From the NCBI GenBank assembly GCA_965249575.1, contig OZ252244.1, forward strand, positions 2,880,001-2,944,000: a DNA stretch of 64,000 nucleotides, read 5' to 3'. Numbering within the stretch: position 1 is the first letter of the stretch; each line of letters starts with the position of its first letter. Both the position numbers and the translations under genes were made by a program. Positions 60,385 to 64,000 of this stretch are shown in pieces. This stretch comes from Gemmatimonadales bacterium. GTDB lineage: Bacteria > Gemmatimonadota > Gemmatimonadetes > Gemmatimonadales > GWC2-71-9. The notes under the pieces are model-generated. The model was not told where the DNA came from, made no database searches, and saw only the letters and a program-made list of their open reading frames with translations.

Positions 60385-60442
60385 GGATGGGTCCGGTGCC
60401 GGGTCGGTTGTGCGACTTGCCTGCGCCGCCCGCTGAGCGCGC

Positions 60443-61318
60443 TCAAGAGGACTCCACGTCGAAGCTGGCCTTGACTGCCATGATGCCCTGGGGGTTCGCC
60501 GCCCAAACCTCGGAGCGCCCTGGTGATTGTGCTCGCCCCGCGATGTTGATCGTTTCGTCCGCAAACAGCGGCCCGACGTTCCGAAACGCAAAGACACTTG
60601 GTCGACCGGGCGTATGGCGTACCGCTGCGGAGAGCAGCAAGAGGGCGGCGAACGGCCCGTGGACTAGCAGGCCGCGGTACCCTTCGACCCCGGTTGCGTA
60701 GGGGTGATCGTAATGAATGCGGTGTCCGTTGAAGGTCAGGGCGGAGAACCGGAATAGCGCGACCGCCGTCGGCAGGTAAGTTTCGGTCCACTCCGAATCG
60801 GAGGGCGGAGGTCTGGTTTCGATGCTTGGCTCGTTGCGGCCCGGAGCACGACGGTAGACGAGTGTCTGCTCCTCCTCGACGGCGGGACCCTGCGACCCAG
60901 TAATCAGGCGATGCACCGTGACGAACACCAGCGTGCCCGATCGGCCCTTCTTGGTTTCAATGGAAGTGATCCGCGACCGCCGTTCGATACGCTCGCCGAT
61001 CCGTATGGCACGTTGGAACGTCAGCCGGCCGGCGGCCCACATCCGGCGCGGAAGAGGGATGGGAGGGAGCAACCCCCCTCGCCGCGGGTGGCCGTCATCG
61101 CCGATGTCGGATTGGGGCGTCGCTGGATTGAAGTAGAACCAATGCCAGCCAACGGGGACGTCTGCCCCTAGGGCGTCATTCGGGTTCTTTATGTCAAACA
61201 ACGAGGCGGCCAGGCGCACGGGTCCGGGTTCAACGACATCGGTTTCCGTGGCCTCCCGTCCAATCCATTCTTGGAGCACGGACATCGCCGGTTCGTGACC
61301 CTCGTCGGTTGGGCTCAC
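60443..61318 (-). CDS. Double-hotdog enoyl-CoA hydratase (itaconyl-CoA/mesaconyl-C4-CoA hydratase-like)
   Basis: WHWFYF, DGHPRRGG.LPP..LPRRMWAAG, K.GRSG.LVFVTV, LFRFSALTFNGHRIHYD.PY...EGY.GL.VHGP. Confidence 0.9.
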   Translation of the reverse strand: MSPTDEGHEPAMSVLQEWIGREATETDVVEPGPVRLAASLFDIKNPNDALGADVPVGWHWFYFNPATPQSDIGDDGHPRRGGLLPPIPLPRRMWAAGRLTFQRAIRIGERIERRSRITSIETKKGRSGTLVFVTVHRLITGSQGPAVEEEQTLVYRRAPGRNEPSIETRPPPSDSEWTETYLPTAVALFRFSALTFNGHRIHYDHPYATGVEGYRGLLVHGPFAALLLLSAAVRHTPGRPSVFAFRNVGPLFADETINIAGRAQSPGRSEVWAANPQGIMAVKASFDVESS

Positions 61319-62439
61319 CCAGCGAACTCTTGCCGAACCGCGTTGGTGTCCTCGCCGAGCGCTGGGACGCGAGCGGCGGCCGTGTCGGCGGGCGAAGGGC
61401 TTCGGATGGGGTCAGCCGCCAGCCGGATTGGCCCGGCCTCGGTGCCCACTGTAACGAGCCGTAACTGCGGGTGCTGCGAGAGCTCCGCCACCGAGTTGAG
61501 CCTCCCGAACGCCACATTCGAGTTCGTAAGGCGACCCACGATGTCCTCCAGCGGCAACTGACCCAACACGCCTGAGATAATCGTGTCGAGAGCTTCGCGA
61601 TTGGCAACGCGCTTGCTGTTGGTGTCGAAGTCCTCCGCCTCGGCCATCTCCGGCCGGTCCAGCACGCCTGCACAGAAACTCACCCAATCGCGTTCGTTAC
61701 CCACCGCGATGAGGACCACCCGCCCGTCCCGGCCGGCATACGGCCCGTACGGTGCCACCGAAGCGTGGTGCAGCCCGGTGCGCTGCGGTGCCCGTCCGCC
61801 GTATGCATAGTGGAGATATGGGACGCTCATCCAGTGTGCGAGGCTGTCGAACATCGAGACCTCGAGCGCTCGCCCGCAACCAGTCCGCTCCCGCTCGAAC
61901 AACGCCTCGACGATGCCGCCATAGGCATGCATGCCGGTACTAATGTCACAGATGGAGATGCCCTTCGCGGGCTCGTCGGGCGTACCGGTCACCGAGAGGA
62001 GGCCGGTCTCACCCTGGACGAGGTTGTCGTAGGCCTTCATACCGGCCCGTGGGCCATCGCTACCGTAGCCCGTGATATCGCACGTAATGAGGGATGGGAA
62101 CTCCCGTCTCAAGTGGGCGGAGCCAAACCCCGCGCGTTCGGCGGCTCCCGGTGCCAAGTTTTGAACGAACACATCGGCCTTTGCTAGCATCCGTCGGAGG
62201 AGCGCGGCGTCTTCAGGGTCTTTCACGTCCAGGACGACGGACTCCTTCCCAACGTTCAGCCAGACGAAGTACGCGCTCTGGCCACGCACGACCTCGTCAT
62301 ATCCCCGCGCGAAGTCCCCGTCCGAGCGCTCGACCTTTATGACCCGCGCTCCCGCAGCCGCCAACTTCAGGGTGGTGAGCGGCGCGGCCACGGCCTGCTC
62401 GAGTCCCACAACGAGCACTCCAGCGAGCGGTTCGCGCAT
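61315..62439 (-). CDS. Family III (CaiB/BaiF) CoA-transferase, itaconate CoA-transferase-like
   Basis: LEQAVAAP, GARVIKVER..GDFARGYD, YFVWLN.GKES, ADVFVQNLAPGA, KAYD.LVQ.ETG. Confidence 0.92.
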   Translation of the reverse strand: MREPLAGVLVVGLEQAVAAPLTTLKLAAAGARVIKVERSDGDFARGYDEVVRGQSAYFVWLNVGKESVVLDVKDPEDAALLRRMLAKADVFVQNLAPGAAERAGFGSAHLRREFPSLITCDITGYGSDGPRAGMKAYDNLVQGETGLLSVTGTPDEPAKGISICDISTGMHAYGGIVEALFERERTGCGRALEVSMFDSLAHWMSVPYLHYAYGGRAPQRTGLHHASVAPYGPYAGRDGRVVLIAVGNERDWVSFCAGVLDRPEMAEAEDFDTNSKRVANREALDTIISGVLGQLPLEDIVGRLTNSNVAFGRLNSVAELSQHPQLRLVTVGTEAGPIRLAADPIRSPSPADTAAARVPALGEDTNAVRQEFAG

Positions 62440-63281
62440 TAGGCTCTCGCCGTCGCCGCCGCGATGGCGAGGGTGCGCTGGGCCGAGAGGATGACCGGCC
62501 GCTCGACGAGTTGACCGTCGACCAGCAAGACCCCCCCCTCGTTACGGTCGTACGCAGCGACGATTGCCTTCGCGCGCGCGACTTCCTCGGGAGAGGGCGA
62601 GAAGGCTTGCTGGATGATCGGTACTTGCGTTGGATGGATTGCGGTCTTGCCGGTAAAACCGAGGCGTGCCGCTGCACGGGCCTCCGATTCGAGTCCGTCG
62701 CCGTCCTCGATGTCGAGATAGGGCATATCGATGGCGTCGATCTCGGCCGTGGCGGCGGCATGGACGACTCGGGACCGCGCGTAGGCAAGTGACGGCCAGT
62801 CCCGCGCGGACCGCAGAGCCGTGGAGAGATCCACTCCGCCAAAAACTAGTCCCGACAACCTTGCCGAGGCGGTGGCGATCAACAGCGCGTGTTCGAGGCC
62901 CTCGACCGTCTCGATCATCGCGATCAGCCGGATGGTCGGGTGACGTGGCCTGAGAACGGAATCGACCAATCGGACCTGCGCCGGGCTCGTGAGTTTGGGG
63001 ATCATGAGCGCGTCCGGCGCGGCGTTGGATTCGCACATCGCAAGTAGGTCCCGCAGTCCCGTCTCGCTTTCGATCCCGTTGATTCTCACGATCAGCTCCA
63101 CCGGTCGGGAACGCTCGCGCTGGAGGACCTCGAGGACTGACGTCCGACCACGCTCTTTGTCCTGCGGGGCCACCGCGTCTTCCAAGTCCACGCACACCGC
63201 GTCCGCGCCGCTCGTCAGGGCACGCTCGAACTGGTCGGGGCGGATGCCAGGGAGAAAGAGCACGGTCCGGCGGAGCGCCAT
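62439..63281 (-). CDS. CitE/HpcH-family acyl-CoA lyase (citramalyl-CoA lyase-like)
   Basis: LF.PG, DLEDAV, VRIN, IPK, MIET..G, FGGVDL, GFTGK.AIHP.Q, DGQLVE.P. Confidence 0.92.
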   Translation of the reverse strand: MALRRTVLFLPGIRPDQFERALTSGADAVCVDLEDAVAPQDKERGRTSVLEVLQRERSRPVELIVRINGIESETGLRDLLAMCESNAAPDALMIPKLTSPAQVRLVDSVLRPRHPTIRLIAMIETVEGLEHALLIATASARLSGLVFGGVDLSTALRSARDWPSLAYARSRVVHAAATAEIDAIDMPYLDIEDGDGLESEARAAARLGFTGKTAIHPTQVPIIQQAFSPSPEEVARAKAIVAAYDRNEGGVLLVDGQLVERPVILSAQRTLAIAAATARA

Positions 63282-63490
63282 GTTTGAGCTCAGAATGCCT
63301 CCTCACAGTCGACGACCATAACATACCGTTTTCGGACGCCGTCGTCCCCCCGGGGTGCGGGGCTCGGACCTCCCCCGATTGGGGCCTGGCGCGGGGACCG
63401 TGGCCGTCCGATCCGTCCCGGAGTAAGATTCAGCACCGAGGGCGCGTGCGACCGGCCTCCAAGCAAGGCCGTCTGGTTAGAGTGCAAAGG

Positions 63491-64000
63491 GTGGAGCCTT
63501 TACGGTTGAACGAATCCCAGCTTCAAATTCGAGACGGTGTCCGCGCCCTCTGCAGCCGCTACCCCGGTGAGTACTGGCGCGACCTCGACCGCACCCGATC
63601 GTATCCGGAGGCGTTTGTCCGCGCGCTCACGGACGGTGGTTACCTGAGCTGCCTCATTCCGGAGTCGTATGGCGGCGCCGGACTTGGGATCGTCGAGGCG
63701 TGCATCGTACTCGAGGAGATCAACCGCTCCGGTGGCAACGCGGCCGCCTGTCACGCCCAGATGTACACCATGGGCACCCTGCTGCGCCACGGGTCGGAGG
63801 CACAGAAACAGCGTTACCTGCCGGATATCGCCGCCGGCGGGCTACGGCTCCAGGCCTTTGGGGTGACCGAGCCAACGGCCGGGTCCGACACCACCAAGAT
63901 CAGTACCTTCGCGGAACGACGCGGCGATCGGTACTTCATAACCGGTCAGAAGGTGTTTATATCGAGGGTACAGCACTCGGACCTGTTACTCTTGCTCGCG
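63491..64000 (+). CDS. Acyl-CoA dehydrogenase, N-terminal part (runs off the window; missing from the ORF track)
   Basis: IRDGVRALC..YPGEYWR, IPESYGGAGLG, LEEINRSGGN...CHAQMYTMG, QKQRYLP.IA.G.LRLQAFGVTEP.AGSDTT, GQKVFISR. Confidence 0.93.
   Translation, partial: MEPLRLNESQLQIRDGVRALCSRYPGEYWRDLDRTRSYPEAFVRALTDGGYLSCLIPESYGGAGLGIVEACIVLEEINRSGGNAAACHAQMYTMGTLLRHGSEAQKQRYLPDIAAGGLRLQAFGVTEPTAGSDTTKISTFAERRGDRYFITGQKVFISRVQHSDLLLLLA

Overview
GC-rich bacterial chromosomal window with about 50 protein-coding loci. The gene repertoire (TPR/Ig-like surface proteins, Hanks kinase, HEAT-cyclophilin fusion, DUF5916, several amidohydrolases) suggests Gemmatimonadota; this taxonomy is inference only. 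I found no rRNA, tRNA, CRISPR array, integrase or transposase. Recognisable content includes a dCache-HAMP-GGDEF cyclase, hemH, a TenA-like/small membrane protein/SSS-transporter operon, ppgK, leucine dehydrogenase, class I aldolase, an M16 peptidase, an iodotyrosine-deiodinase-like flavoprotein, a persulfide dioxygenase-rhodanese fusion, an OtsA-OtsB fusion, a multicopper oxidase, an exported truncated haemoglobin and, at the right end, an itaconate/C5-dicarboxylate-type catabolic cluster. The most striking unexplained element is a self-contained ~220-nt + strand unit at ~17.0-17.26 kb. It has a promoter-like motif, a 5' UUCG-loop hairpin, a 16-nt stretch complementary to the conserved 3' end of 16S rRNA, a 19-codon ORF folded into a branched RNA structure, and an intrinsic terminator. 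The window also carries at least 7 frameshifts or in-frame stops in otherwise intact genes (probably consensus errors) and several decayed gene remnants in intergenic gaps. All family assignments come from motif recognition by eye; no searches were run.
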